DNA of 61,406 nt, filler included, from Nemertoderma westbladi (taxonomy: Eukaryota > Animalia > Xenacoelomorpha): assembly GCA_032718475.1 (NCBI GenBank). It is 3 parts of 3 records of this genome, joined end to end, with 100 filler letters (N's around TTAATTAATTAA, not from the genome) between each part and the next. Parts side by side here need not be neighbours in the genome. Positions count along the whole stretch, not along the records: positions 1 to 23,894 come from JAUCBJ010006010.1; positions 23,995 to 48,702 come from JAUCBJ010002495.1; 1 more part is not named here. The stretch is one strand, 5' to 3'. The notes below the pieces were generated by a model. It searched no databases. It was not told where the DNA came from and saw only the letters and a program-made list of their open reading frames with translations. Position 1 is the first letter of the stretch; each line of letters starts with the position of its first letter. The translations under genes were made by a program, and so were the position numbers. Below, piece after piece: positions 13,101-26,090 of this stretch.

Positions 13101-13440
13101 GCACATAAAATAATAGTGTTTCATCCAGGGTAATTAAAATTATACTCAGAGTAATAAGGTGCACGAGCACTGTCTGGGATGGGCACCTGGATAACAGGGC
13201 CCAGTGGGCCCAAGCTGGTCCCGACTCACTCACATGGGGCGATAACAATAAATGACAGAAAAAAGCAATATTAATTATAATTTTTAATTACTGTTTAACG
13301 GGAAACTTATTAATTTGTGCAACAATCATGATTGACCTCTGACCCGCCAAAAGTCTTTCGTGATTTTTACTCAGTGTGTTTCTGGCATACAGTACTCACT
13401 CGGCGAAGTTAGTATTGGGACTAATTGGCTAACTACAGTA

Positions 13441-13958
13441 CTACTACTAGTATCGGCATGCTACATTGCAGCTGCATTTTTAAGAATGCTGTGCCGGCTT
13501 GTCGACAAAATTGCGCCGCCACAACTCCCTATCACCCATGACATTTGCTAGATCATCCGCATCTTCAAGGCCAGTGTCCTTTAAGACGCGTCTCAAGAAA
13601 GTCATGGGCTGTCCACCATGCTTATTCACTCCATGAGGCTGCCAATGTACAAGATTATGAACTGGCTGGTCCTCACGGCGAAAGCATTGTCTTGCAAAGC
13701 GGAAGCGATTTTGTTCTAGTGTCAAGCTTGGGGGAACCAATGAGACACCTCCAATGTTATATAGTGTCTGGTTGGAGATGTGTGCATTATACTTGACACA
13801 GTGAACCCGGCGTAGCATTCTTGTGAATGTGCCATCCAGAGATTTGGTGTTCTCAGCAGTTAGAGCCCAGCATGGACTCCCATAGAGGAGTACTGGAACT
13901 AGTGCTGCTCTAAATAATCGGACCTTAAGTTTCCGATTAATTCTCGGTGACTTCCAAA
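13441..13958 (-). mobile_element. 5'-truncated RTE-like LINE, copy 2
   Basis: Near-identical to 9270-9780, with a (TAG)n tail and TSD AACTACAGTA at 13431-13440 and 13959-13968. Confidence 0.9.
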
Positions 13959-14959
13959 AACTACAGTAGCCGAGGTGCAGGCCTCCACTGTATAGACATA
14001 CATACCGATAACAGAGTGTTTGCAAAGAGCCAAGTTCCAATAGCGTGGAAGCAGCATCAAGTATTTTACGACTATGTAAAACTCGTTATTTTACGTTTCA
14101 GAAAAACTGGTCTGGAAAATAGAAATCAATGTTATTTTTGACAATAGTCTGAATAAGGTCATAAAGTCCGTAAATAAAGTCAGACGGTCTGCAAATATAG
14201 TCCGTAAATATAGTAAATATGTCCGTCAATAAGTCGGCTAGCGGGAAATAACGTTTGATAGCTGATTATATTATTCAAGGGGATTTTAAGGCGTCTGGGA
14301 GCGACACGATGAGGGCTTGAGAAATCCCTTACAAAAACATTAAATGAAAGTAAATAAAGCACAGGGTACATTAAAATTTTTTCTCGTAATCAGCTGTTAT
14401 TTTTTCCCTGGAAATGGATGAATTTCTATTGCTTTAAGAGTCCACCACCCCCCCCCCCCCCCCCCCCCCCCCCCCAACTGAAATTACAGTATTCAATTAT
14501 TCATTTTCCTGTAGGGAAAGTATCGCCGTAATCATTAACCCAACAAAATGCCACTCCCAATAATTACAATTATTATAATTTTTCATTGTTAAGTCGTCCT
14601 TCATGGAAGGAATGGGAAGAAGAAACGCCATATTTTATTTCATGACATGGCAGGCATTTAAATGGGCCTAATATTCTAACATTGACGAATCGATAATATT
14701 ACTGAAGAATTATAGTATACTGGAAAATTACAGTAGGCCTATATAATTAATTGATAATGACAAATTATCACAAGCAGACTTTAAGGCGGGAAGTGATTTC
14801 CAATCATTACTTCTGTAACTACCGCTAACTACCGAATACTACATTTGTATTTGACAGGACAACAATGGTAATATGAATAAGTTAAATTTTCCATCAGTCA
14901 CAATGACAATGGCAATGACGTTTCGTTTATTTAACTTCCAACCAAATACAATAGTAAAA

Positions 14960-15096
14960 AAAGTAAAGTAAAATGCGCCCTGGCTGGTCCCTTTAGCATT
15001 CGTGCCTAAACGAAAACTGACATGGCCCGTGTGAGGATCGAACCCACGACCTACGGGAGATGTGATTCTAATGCAACCACTACACCAAGGTGGAAC
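14960..15096 (-). mobile_element. tRNA-derived SINE or tRNA pseudogene in PKG intron 1
   Basis: The minus strand shows an A-box (TGGTGTAGTGG) and a B-box/T-arm (GTGGGTTCGATCCTCAC) ending GGGCCA. The anticodon arm does not fold convincingly. Confidence 0.6.
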
Positions 15097-15119
15097 CTTG
15101 GTTTTGTAAGTATACAAAC

Positions 15120-16695
15120 CTTTAGCATGGAGATAATCCAATGACGATATCACACAGGCGACACAGAATCTCGTATAACTATCATCGAATGTACTTTTAT
15201 TTCTCAGAAAAGTCCATAACTCTCCACCTAGACAGGCCTCCAAGAGAAAGTAGACGTATTTACGGTCCTTGAAGGTGCGATACAAACGAATAATGAACTC
15301 AGACGAACACGACAACATAATGTTTTTCTCGGAGTATATATGATCCTGTTGATGGGTGTCTACAATATGACGTTTTTTCAGACACTTCAGCGCATATGTT
15401 ACCGCTGATTCCCTACCAACTTGTACCAACTCAACCCGGCCAAATCCTCCCATTCCTAACGTAGTTAGTATAGTTATATCGTCTAGCGTTACATCGTTAA
15501 ACTTATTCGCTACTTTGGGTTTTGCGAGGGAGGTTCGCGCTTCTTTATCGTCGCCGTAGTCTTTATTTCGGATTTCCTCTAACGAGCCAATTAGCTCATT
15601 AAACGTCGCTCGATCTATGACAACACACTCAGTAGTCAGACCACGAGCTACCACATTCCTAGTACGTTTATCAGCACTCAAAAGTGCCTTCTCTCCGAAA
15701 AAATCGCCTTTATTTAAAGTTCGCACGAATTCTGGGCTACCATTTGTGATATTCTGTGTAACATCAACATGACCTTCGATAATGATAAAAAATGTGTCAC
15801 CCATGGCGCCTTCTCGTATGATATACTCACCGTCGGAATAGGTAGCCACCTCCAAACGGCTAGCTATTCGTTTCAACATATGATCCGGAAGATCTTTGAA
15901 TAACGGAACACTCTTTAGGAATAACATGTACTGGTGATCCTGAGTCAAAGCCGTCTTCATCATAATGGCTTGGTAGACTTTTCTATCGAGCACCCAAACT
16001 TTGGCGTCAGTAATGGCTTTGACGGAAGCAGTTCGCACGCAGTTGTAGAGGATTGCTAGCTCACCGAATACAGTCCCCGGCTGTAAGTTAGAGAGTATTT
16101 TACCTTCTTTACTGACTTCTAATATTCCCGACTCACTGAAGAATAAATATTTACCTTCATCGCCTTCTTTAATGAGCAAATCGCCTGCTGAGTAGCGCTG
16201 CTCGAAAACACAGTCAATGACGTCACGCATAGGGGCGTTACCAAGGTTACGTAGAAAATCGTTAGACTCTATAGCATTTTTTATTATGGCTTTTGAAGCT
16301 TCGGTTTTTTTGTAGCGTTTGAACGCGTCTGTTGATGAGACAATGTCCGTGTACGCGGATACGCTCACACGATCACCGCAAATCGCGTTTCGCTTTTTCG
16401 GTGATGATTTAGAAGTGGATTCTTTTCCAACACCCCCGGCCGTTACTTGTTCCAGAACGCTCTGAAGTTGGTTGATTTTGCCTCGAAGTTTCAGAATCTC
16501 AGAATCTTTTGCGTCCATGGAGGATTTGACGCTCTCGAATAATTGTCTGAATTCCTCTGCTTGCATTCCCTTCTCGTCTGCCAGACGTGATCTGTCATCA
16601 ATCGCTTTCTGTAGTTCTGGAATCAGCGTTTTAATCTCGCCGATTGTAACTTTTCTCCCATTAAGGAGTTTCACCTTGGAGTTTTCGTTACCCAT
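15120..16695 (-). CDS. PRKG: cGMP-dependent protein kinase, coding exon 1 (leucine zipper, pseudosubstrate, two cNMP-binding domains, kinase N-lobe)
   Basis: KKRNAI pseudosubstrate, FGELAILYNCVRTASV and FGEKALL…RT cGMP sites, LGMGGFGRVELV, ALKCLKK, EACLGGELW. Donor G|GTTTGT lies at 15119 after HAK, so the ORF tail 14839-15119 is intron read-through. Confidence 0.96.
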
Positions 16696-17707
16696 GTTGT
16701 AACTGGATAAATACTACGAATAATAAAATATGTATATTTCACATACTATTATCACGTAGTTCATCAAATAGTTAATATATGACGTAGTAGGCCAATACAA
16801 GTAAATATTTATGTATATAAATTATGTAATAAAAGTAAAATCTTCTCAAAATTTAAACAAAGTTACTTAAAATAAAAAATTTAAAGGAAACATTCACAAT
16901 AATATAACTTATTATCAAACTGCTTTTAGTTATGAGCATGAATTATACAATAATTAAAAACAAATTTAATATTTATTATTATTTTATTAATATCGTATAA
17001 TAGGATTAAACTTAATAACAACATTATATTCCACGACCATTCAGAAATGATTAAAACGTTATTATCCGATTAATAATTTATACTTATTTTCGAGCACAAA
17101 TTGAATCGTATCCGTTGTGAATGGCTATTAGCTATCGATCTGTGAGAAGCATGTCATTGGCCATTCACGAGGAACAGGGACTATACCTGAAGTAGGTGAC
17201 ATAGGCACTCCAATTAAGATTATTAAATGCTATAATAAAATCCCCATCTTTCACAATCGTTTTTAGAGTTTTGTATCAACGTTTGACCGTGAGCTACTTA
17301 GAGATGCCTGATTGATTAAGTTGATTTGGGTGATGATGGAGAACAAAGGTTAATGAATAAACGATGAAAAAACCCTTAAATCTTTAAAGACAACTGCTTC
17401 ACAAACACAGCACTTTGTTTGCCTTACTATATTACCATTTTCTCATGTTTGATTATTCATTTCAACTGGTAGGCACAGTAAGTTCTTTAATCCTACTATC
17501 GTCAAACTTTTCGAGTTTGACTTCCCCAAAGCCCAACCATGAAACCTGCTTAATTAAATCAATGGTATTGGTACAGCCTACTACTGTACTATACTACATG
17601 CCTACTTAATTAAATCAATAGAACTACTCATAATCATTAGAATATCCTCAGATTATTCCAGTAGCTACTGTAAACTGCCGTGTACAAATCTCGGGGATAT
17701 CTTATAG

Positions 17708-17945
17708 ACTCGGTAACATGTTTTAGGCTCGATAAAATGTTTTAGGCTCGATAACATGTTTTAGGCTCGATAAAATGTTTTAGGCTCGATAAAATGTTTT
17801 AGGCTCGATAAAATGTTTTAGGCTCGATAACATGTTTTAGGCTCGATAAAATGTTTAAGGCTCGATAAAATGTTTTAGGCTCGATAACATGTTTTAGGCT
17901 CGATAACATGTTTCAGGCTCGATAACATGTTTTAGGCTCGATAAA
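17708..17945. repeat. 19-bp minisatellite (AAATGTTTTAGGCTCGATA)n
   Basis: About 12 tandem copies. Confidence 0.93.
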
Positions 17946-18265
17946 ATTAAATTATAATAAAAATTATAATTGCGTTTTAACCCTTTGAATATTGACCGGA
18001 GGCAATATTTACCAGTAGCTAGAGCCGGAAGGGTGGGGATTCCGTGTTTCCATCCACCAACCACATAGTCTGCAAATATTGCATAGTCTTTTTTCCCTGC
18101 CAGGTGTTGTACTAAAAGGTGACTCAAACAAATTTTGAACTATCCAATTCACACAACTAAAGCTTGAGTAAATCAGCCTTGCTTTAGTAGATATTACCAC
18201 CAGAGTCGAGAAAGTTTGTATTTCATAGAGCTCTTTCAGCTGATTATTCGACAGATAATTACCAA

Positions 18266-18529
18266 CTACTACTAGGATCGGCATGCTGCATTGCAGCTGA
18301 ATTTCCAAGAATGCTGTGCCGGCTTGTCGAAAAAATTGCGCCGCCACAATTCCCTATCACCCATGACATTTGCTAGATCATCCGCATCTTCAAGGCCAGT
18401 GTCCTTTAAGATGCGTCTCAAGAAAGTCATGGGCTGTCCACCATGCTTATTCACTCCATGAGGCTGCCAAAGTACAAGATTATGCACTGGCTGGTCCTCA
18501 CGGCGAAAGCAATGTCCTGCAATGTCTTG
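18266..18529 (-). mobile_element. 5'-truncated RTE-like LINE, copy 3, inserted into an older decayed ORF
   Basis: Same 3' end and (TAG)n tail as copies 1 and 2. TSD GATAATTACCAA at 18254-18265 and 18530-18541. Confidence 0.9.
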
Positions 18530-19545
18530 GATAATTACCAAAGCAAAGTAGAGATCTTTGGGCTTTTCGCCAAGTAACCTCAAGATTCCCAACTAAGGCC
18601 GCATCAATATTGGCTGACCCATACATGTTATGTCTACAAAGGACATCATCTGTTGCTAATCCACTCGTACTAACTCTTGACACATTCATCCATATCTTCT
18701 TTATAAAATGATCAGTAATATTTTGTTTGGAAGGCGGCAGGGGAACCCCAAATACATACATGGTTGATTCTAGTAATGTCCCGACATTGTGGGGCGAGAC
18801 ACGTATGGCGAGCCATCAGCGAACTGATATAATTATACTATGGCCGTTTCTCAAAAGTCTGTGTGTGTGTGTGTCAGTGTGTGTGTCGGAAGCCATAAAT
18901 GTCGGAAGCCATAATCGAAGTTAATATCTTCAGCTAAATTGTATGGTTGAGTCATTTTGAACGATCTCTCCATGGAAATTAATAATTTAGCACCATACGA
19001 TTAAAGTTATTTTGCACAGAAATTAGATATCTGGAATCCATGTACCCCATTCCATTATAGTTTTTTATTTTTTCAAGTGATTTGCGTTAATAAATGTATT
19101 TTTAATTGATTTAAACATAATTAACATTGTAAATTCATACGCTGATTCCATTCTCCCCCATAGAGCCCAAGGCATGGCAAGGGCAGCCGTGCCCAATAAT
19201 ATTTCTTGAAGTTTTACATTACTGCAAGCTAAAGTCTTTGTCCAAGCCAGTGCCTAGGCTAGTACACAAGGACATAGTAGTAGTCCAGTAGAAGGAATAG
19301 TGCTGCTCCTTCAATACATCTCAACAGACATCAATTCATTTGCCTGTGCCTACCAACGCGTGCTCCATAACATAACATATATTCTTGATTTCCATCACCT
19401 CTCACCACAATTATTATTATTAGTAATTAAAAGTTTCAATTCGGTTTGTCTTTCCGTTATCTGGTTATTCAGTTATTGCATTATTAATAAATAAATGTTT
19501 TAAAATATATCTTACGAAATATGGTTAATAATTAAAACGTGTCGC

Positions 19546-20083
19546 TAACATTCTCGCTATGGGGGTTTTAAGGAGTGGTGATTACATTTCTGATGTCAGT
19601 TTTCACCTTTACATAAATCTAGTCTGTCTGTCGGTCGGTCATTCTGTCAGTCAGTCTGTCAAAACTTAAAAGATAATTCAAATTAACTAACATCCTCGCT
19701 ATGGGGGTTTTAGGGGGTGCTGATTTCATTTCTGATGTCAGTTTTCAGGTTTACATAAATCTAGTCTGTCTGTTTGTCGGTCTTTCTGTCAGTCAGTCAG
19801 TCTGTCAAAACTTAAAAAAGAATACAAACTAACTAACATTCTCGTTATGGGGGTTTTAATGGGTGCTGATTTTATTTTAGATGTCAGTTTTCACGTTTAA
19901 AAAAATCTACTCTGTCTGGCTGTCGGTCTTTCTGTCAGTCAGTCTGTGAAAACTTAAGAAAGTATACTAACTAACCAACATTCTCGCTATGGGGGTTTTA
20001 AGGGTTGCTGATTTCATTTCTGATGTCAGTTTACACGTTTACATAAATCTAGTCTGTCTGTCTGTCGGTCTCTCTGTCAGTCT
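19546..20083. repeat. Four degenerate ~140-147-bp tandem units (AACATTCTCGCTATGGGGGTTTTA…TCTGTCTGTC)
   Basis: Units start near 19548, 19689, 19835 and 19977 and contain (TCTG)n/(TCAG)n microsatellites. The layout resembles Helentron/DINE-like internal arrays (inference). Confidence 0.8.
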
Positions 20084-20347
20084 GAACTACTGTACTGTGG
20101 TTGGCATTACGCCATATACCTAACACTAATAATACAGTCTACAATAGAGCCTATCTACACTCTACAGTACAGAATGGATTTTTTGCCATGGAGAGCAATA
20201 AATGTCATTAATACTATCCACCAGTATACCTACTCCAAGAGCCTTCCAATAAAACATGTATGCACATACTGCAACGTACTAAAACATACTGCACGTCTTA
20301 GTGCTATCCATGGTGACGTGCAGTGGACGTCATTAGGCTCTAAGGGG

Positions 20348-20706
20348 TTAAGCAACACGGTCCCTACTTCGCCCTGTCGACACCCCAGCCATTTTTCACC
20401 AATCCTTTTTTAGAGTTTTTAAATTTTTTTGGTATTGGTGAAAGTTCTAAAACATTAGTAGATATGTTTTTTATGATAGCTAGTGTTTTTTTGCTAGCTA
20501 GTTTTTTTTGAAATTATATAAAATGTGAAAGTCCATGATATTTCAGGTTAAACTGTTGAAGAATATATTAATGACCAAAATAATTTCCAAAAATTACTAG
20601 CTAGTAAAAAATACTAAGGTTCTAGAACATTCACTAATATAAAAAAGCACTCAAAATCACAAAAAAAATAAAGGTTAAAAAACTCATTCGGGACCCTTTT
20701 GCTTAA
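20348..20706. mobile_element. TTAA-bounded MITE-like element
   Basis: Imperfect TIRs TTAAGCAACACGGTCCC … GGGACCCTTTTGCTTAA, with an AT-rich non-coding interior. Confidence 0.5.
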
Positions 20707-23572
20707 GGAGTCAAAATTGTAGAACAAATTCCCGAAACAATTAAATCTTACACACTTAACACACACGAACTAATTTAATGTGTGTATTACTATGCCTGAA
20801 TAATTAAATAGAAATTAAATTAATGAACGCTATTTCAACATGAAATCTACGGAATCAATACACAACACACGCACACTACTGAATTTAAAAATTTATATAG
20901 GTTGCAACTTATATTTGGCTACCTTTTAATGGGTGACTAATTTAATTATTCACCCCTATATATTTGTAGCCTTTTTAATTTGTGCCTCTAATTGAATCAA
21001 ACATTAAACTAAAATATATGTAACAATATTGGTCTGTCGGTAGCTGGTCAATGAATCTCTCATAAATTTGTTAATTAGTCGCTGTTCAGTCATTGAACAT
21101 TTGAACACGTGCTGCTCGAAGACCCCACAACGTGTTATAGTATACTTTCTTGTTCATTTGAAAGAGACCTCGCCCTGATGGAATTCTCACATAGTGTGTC
21201 TTCTTTACATTGAGCACTAAATCGTGCGCTTGTAAGTACAAATGAAGTACCAAAACACCAACTCTAACATCTCAAGAAACCTAAACACTAAATATAGTAT
21301 ATAGCATCACAACTACCTACTAGTACTGCAAATAAGTTACAATTGTTACACGTCACACAAGTGTCACAAGTTTTACGGTATTGTGATAGTTCCCCACCAT
21401 CAGTTAAAATTAGAAAGATGAAAATATAAATTCCATGGAAAAATGGACTGCTTTAATAATCAGTCAGAATTCATGAAATTAGTACCGGTAGCCAAAAACT
21501 CTAAAGCTAATGTATAAGCTATTATTCAACAATAACTAAACTTTAATCAAATCTAATCCTCAAATCTTAAAGTTAAAATATGTACGGTATATTCTATACA
21601 AATCCAAAAAGAAGTAATCCACCCTAAACCACAACACAATTTAATTAATTATACTGTATTTTACAAGTTATTTTTATTTTCGCTGTGGGCAAATAAATAT
21701 TAAATAATTTGACAGAAAAATAATAAGTTATAAAAATAACAAAAGAGAAAGTGTGTGTAGATTTCGCGGAAATGGGTAATTTACCAGCCAACCGTGACAC
21801 TATTGTTACAGTAATACTTTCTTTTTCCTTGACCCTACTACATAGGAGTTTCTCTCCCTTATATAGCAATGCGCAATGTATAATAAGGTTTAAAGGGGCT
21901 TTTGTGATTGGTTGAATTTTATTGAATTATTTATATTGCTTTGATGCCAAGGTTAGAAGTGTCATAGGCGACACACTTGAATGGAAGACGCCAAAGGATA
22001 AATGTATCCTCCTTGAGAGATACATCATAGGCCTACCGTCGGAATTAAATGGATAATTTATTTATGAATATTTTGATGTGTACTTTTTATATTTTCCTTT
22101 AGGTTGGTTTAATCGCGATTTTGAACCGATAGCTTTCACAGTCACTTCTTAGTTTATTGTTTTGGTTTGATTCCTTTTCCTGTGCTATCATGATCAGGGT
22201 GGGGTTACCCTGGGGTTACTGTCAAAATTTTCCACAAATTCTGTAACTTCACTGTGGCGTATTCCCTATGATGAATGAACTAAGAAATTCAAAGTTTAAG
22301 ACTGTCTCCAAAGGTCATAATATTCCCTTTTCGCCCCAATGTATTCTCTGTAACTATGTCATCTTAACTGCGATCCCAGGCATCCGCTACCGGAATCAGG
22401 GTATATTATCTCCATTTTATGGATGTGTAAGTATGTCCGAAGAATATCATAGGTTAAACTATGATAATAAAAAGAAATGGGACTAGTGTGTTCCACTGAA
22501 GGACACCCCACATAACTTTAAATGAGCCGGATCTGATAGAATCAATGATTTCAACAGGAATCATATAGGTGGAATTATTTTGAACATGGTTGTCGGCACA
22601 AAGTCGAATTGCCTCCCAGGTGCCTGTAGGAAAACCATTCTGGTTGCTGAGAGGTTACCTTTCTTGGGGATTGGAATAAGTCGCTTTGTTTTCAATTCTT
22701 GTGGAGGACAGTTTTCTGATTTATCTCCACGAGTATGAGGTGTAGCAGTCGTTGGTAGGCCTATTCTTATATATTGAAGAACTCCATCCATGTAACATGC
22801 ACTCTTTATTTTAACCTTATTTGCAGCAGTCTTCACACATCTGCAAATGTTACATCCCTAATAGGGATGTCAGAGAATACCATATTCGAGTAATTCCACA
22901 CAGTTACAGTTCGTCGTCTGTAACCACTCGGTCATTATAAAAAATAAAAAATAAAACCTTCAGAATGAATAATCACAACTACTCAATCAATAATTTAATT
23001 ATTAATTACCTAATGAAATTTCATTACGACTTTTAAAAAATGACATATAAGATGTCATAAAAACGATTACCTTGTGAAAATCTGAGGGGAACAATAAATC
23101 ATTAGCTGTGTGATGATAAATGACAACCAAAGGAATAGTGAGGGGTTAATATGCCGCAAATTTTACCAGATGTTTGTGACAGCTATAAACTGAATGAATG
23201 GCTTGAAATACAATAAATAATTTTATAAGATAAAATATGGGCGAGCATTATAAATTATTATTATTATAATTAATATATAATTATATTAGAGGGTCGTATT
23301 ATAATGATGTACTACGGATAATAATGAAGAAGTCATTACTGAGGTTATTCAAGATCATGCAAAATGATCATTTGCAAATGATATAGGTTTAAAGTGAGAA
23401 CCATTGGATAGTGCTCAAAGACTACTCAGCAGTACAGAACAAGCAGCAGCCAATGATGATCTATTTGTAAATGCCACAATGATCCAAACTCCTGACATCC
23501 AAACGGTGTATATAGTCTTCATTAAATATAATATTAAGCATAATAATATAAGAATAATAATAAGAATATTAA

Positions 23573-23894
23573 GCAGCAGTCATCCAGTACCAATCGCTAT
23601 CTATTACTGCAGCAGTCATCCGGTACCGATCGCTATATCTATTACTGCAGCAGTCATCCGGTACCGATCGCTATATCTATTACTGCAGCAGTCTTCTAAT
23701 ACTGATCGCTATCTATTACTGCAGCAGTCATCCGGTACCGATCGCTATATCTATTACTGCAGCAGTCTTCTAATACTGATCGCTATCTATTACTGCAGCA
23801 GTCATCCGGTACCGATCGCTATATCTATTACTGCAGCAGTCTTCTAATACTGATCGCTATCTATTACTGCAGCAGTCATCCGGTACCGATCGCT
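23573..23894. repeat. 36/38-bp alternating minisatellite (CTATTACTGCAGCAGTC…GATCGCTAT), running into the gap
   Basis: Two unit variants alternate. Confidence 0.9.
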
Positions 23895-23994
23895 NNNNNN
23901 NNNNNNNNNNNNNNNNNNNNNNNNNNNNNNNNNNNNNNTTAATTAATTAANNNNNNNNNNNNNNNNNNNNNNNNNNNNNNNNNNNNNNNNNNNN
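23895..23994. other. Scaffold gap with an artificial TTAATTAATTAA linker
   Basis: N-run, 12-nt linker, N-run; same design as 48703-48802. Confidence 0.98.
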
Positions 23995-26090
23995 TAATCA
24001 AACAAATATATTGGTTGAGCTCTCTACACTACTGGATAATCAAACAAATATATTGGTTGAGCTCTCTACACTACTGGGTAATCAAACAAATATATTGGTT
24101 GAGCTCTCTACACTACTTGGTAATCAAACAAATATATTGGTTGAGCTCTCTACACTACTTGGTAATCAAACAAATATATTGGTTGAGCTCTCTACACTAC
24201 TGGGTAATCAAACAAATATATTGGTTGAGCTCTCTACACTACTGGATAATCAAACAAATATATTGGTTGAGCTCTCTAACACTACTGGGTAATCAAACAA
24301 ATATATTGGTTGAGCTCTCTACACTACTGGATAATCAAACAAATATATTGGTTGAGCTCTCTACACTACTGGGTAATCAAACAAATATATTGGTTGAGCT
24401 CTCTAACACTACTGGGTAATCAAACAAATATATTGGTTGAGCTCTCTACACTACTGGATAATCAAACAAATATATTGGTTGAGCTCTCTACACTACTGGG
24501 TAATCAAAAAAATATATTGGTTGAGCTCTCTACACTATTGGGAGATCAAACAAATATATTGGTTGAGCTCTCTACACTACTTGGTAATCAAACAAATATA
24601 TTGGTTGAGCTCTCTACACTACTGGGTAATCAAACAAATATATTGGTTGAGCTCTCTACACTACTGGATAATCAAACAAATATATTGGTTGAGCTCTCTA
24701 CACTACTGGGTAATCAAACAAATATATTGGTTGAGCTCTCTACACTACTGGATAATCAAACAAATATATTGGTTGAGCTCTCTACACTACTGGGTAATCA
24801 AAAAAATATATTGGTTGAGCTCTCTACACTACTGGGTAATCAAACAAATATATTGGTTGAGCTCTCTACACTACTGGATAATCAAACAAATATATTGGTT
24901 GAGCTCTCTACACTACTGGGTAATCAAACAAATATATTGGTTGAGCTCTCTACACTACTGGGTAATCAAACAAATATATTGGTTGAGCTCTCTACACTAC
25001 TGGATAATCAAACAAATATATTGGTTGAGCTCTCTACACTACTGGGTAATCAAACAAATATATTGGTTGAGCTCTCTAACACTACTGGGTAATCAAACAA
25101 ATATATTGGTTGAGCTCTCTACACTACTGGGTAATCAAACAAATATATTGGTTGAGCTCTCTAACACTACTGGGTAATCAAACAAATATATTGGTTGAGC
25201 TCTCTACACTACTGGGTAATCAAACAAATATATTGGTTGAGCTCTCTACACTACTGGGTAATCAAACAAATATATTGGTTGAGCTCTCTACACTACTGGA
25301 TAATCAAACAAATATATTGGTTGAGCTCTCTACACTACTGGGTAATCAAACAAATATATTGGTTGAGCTCTCTAACACTACTGGGTAATCAAACAAATAT
25401 ATTGGTTGAGCTCTCTACACTACTGGGTAATCAAACAAATATATTGGTTGAGCTCTCTAACACTACTGGGTAATCAAACAAATATATTGGTTGAGCTCTC
25501 TACACTACTGGATAATCAAACAAATATATTGGTTGAGCTCTCTACACTACTGGGCAATCAAACAAATATATTGGTCGAGCTCTCTACACTACTGGGTAAT
25601 CAAACAAATATATTGGTTGAGCTCTCTACACTACTGGATAATCAAACAAATATATTGGTTGAGCTCTCTACACTACTGGGCAATCAAACAAATATATTGG
25701 TTGAGCTCTCTACACTACTGGGTAATCAAAAAAATATATTGGTTGAGCTCTCTACACTACTGGGTAATCAAACAAATATATTGGTTGAGCTCTCTACACT
25801 ACTGGGTAATCAAACAAATATATTGGTTGAGCTCTCTACACTACTGGATAATCAAACAAATATATTGGTTGTGCTCTCTACACTACTGGGTAATCAAACA
25901 AATATATTGGTTGAGCTCTCTAACACTACTGGGTAATCAAACAAATATATTGGTTGAGCTCTCTACACTACTGGATAATCAAACAAATATATTGGTTGAG
26001 CTCTCTACACTACTGGGTAATCAAACAAATATATTGGTTGAGCTCTCTACACTACTGGGTAATCAAACAAATATATTGGTTGAGCTCTCT
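23995..26090. repeat. 42-bp minisatellite (TACTGGGTAATCAAACAAATATATTGGTTGAGCTCTCTACAC)n, about 50 copies
   Basis: Direct periodicity with occasional 43-bp units. The array abuts the LINE tail. Confidence 0.97.

Noticed and set aside
15023-15096. Functional tRNA gene
   Set aside because: A and B boxes are present, but the acceptor and anticodon stems do not pair well, so it was treated as a SINE head or pseudogene.
14839-15119. C-terminal ~93 aa of the 618-aa PKG ORF
   Set aside because: This is intron read-through past the GT donor at 15119; the kinase continues at 7850.
18090-18110. ACCTGGCAGGG on the minus strand resembling the U1 snRNA 5' end
   Set aside because: The match is only 11 nt and there is no further U1 sequence or structure.
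22600-23480. Tiny RT-like peptides (LIPIPKKGNLS; AQRLLSSTEQAA)
   Set aside because: They are probably old LINE scraps, but are too short to delimit or classify.
23939-23950. TTAATTAATTAA palindrome inside the N-runs (also near 48747)
   Set aside because: It is an artificial scaffolding linker.
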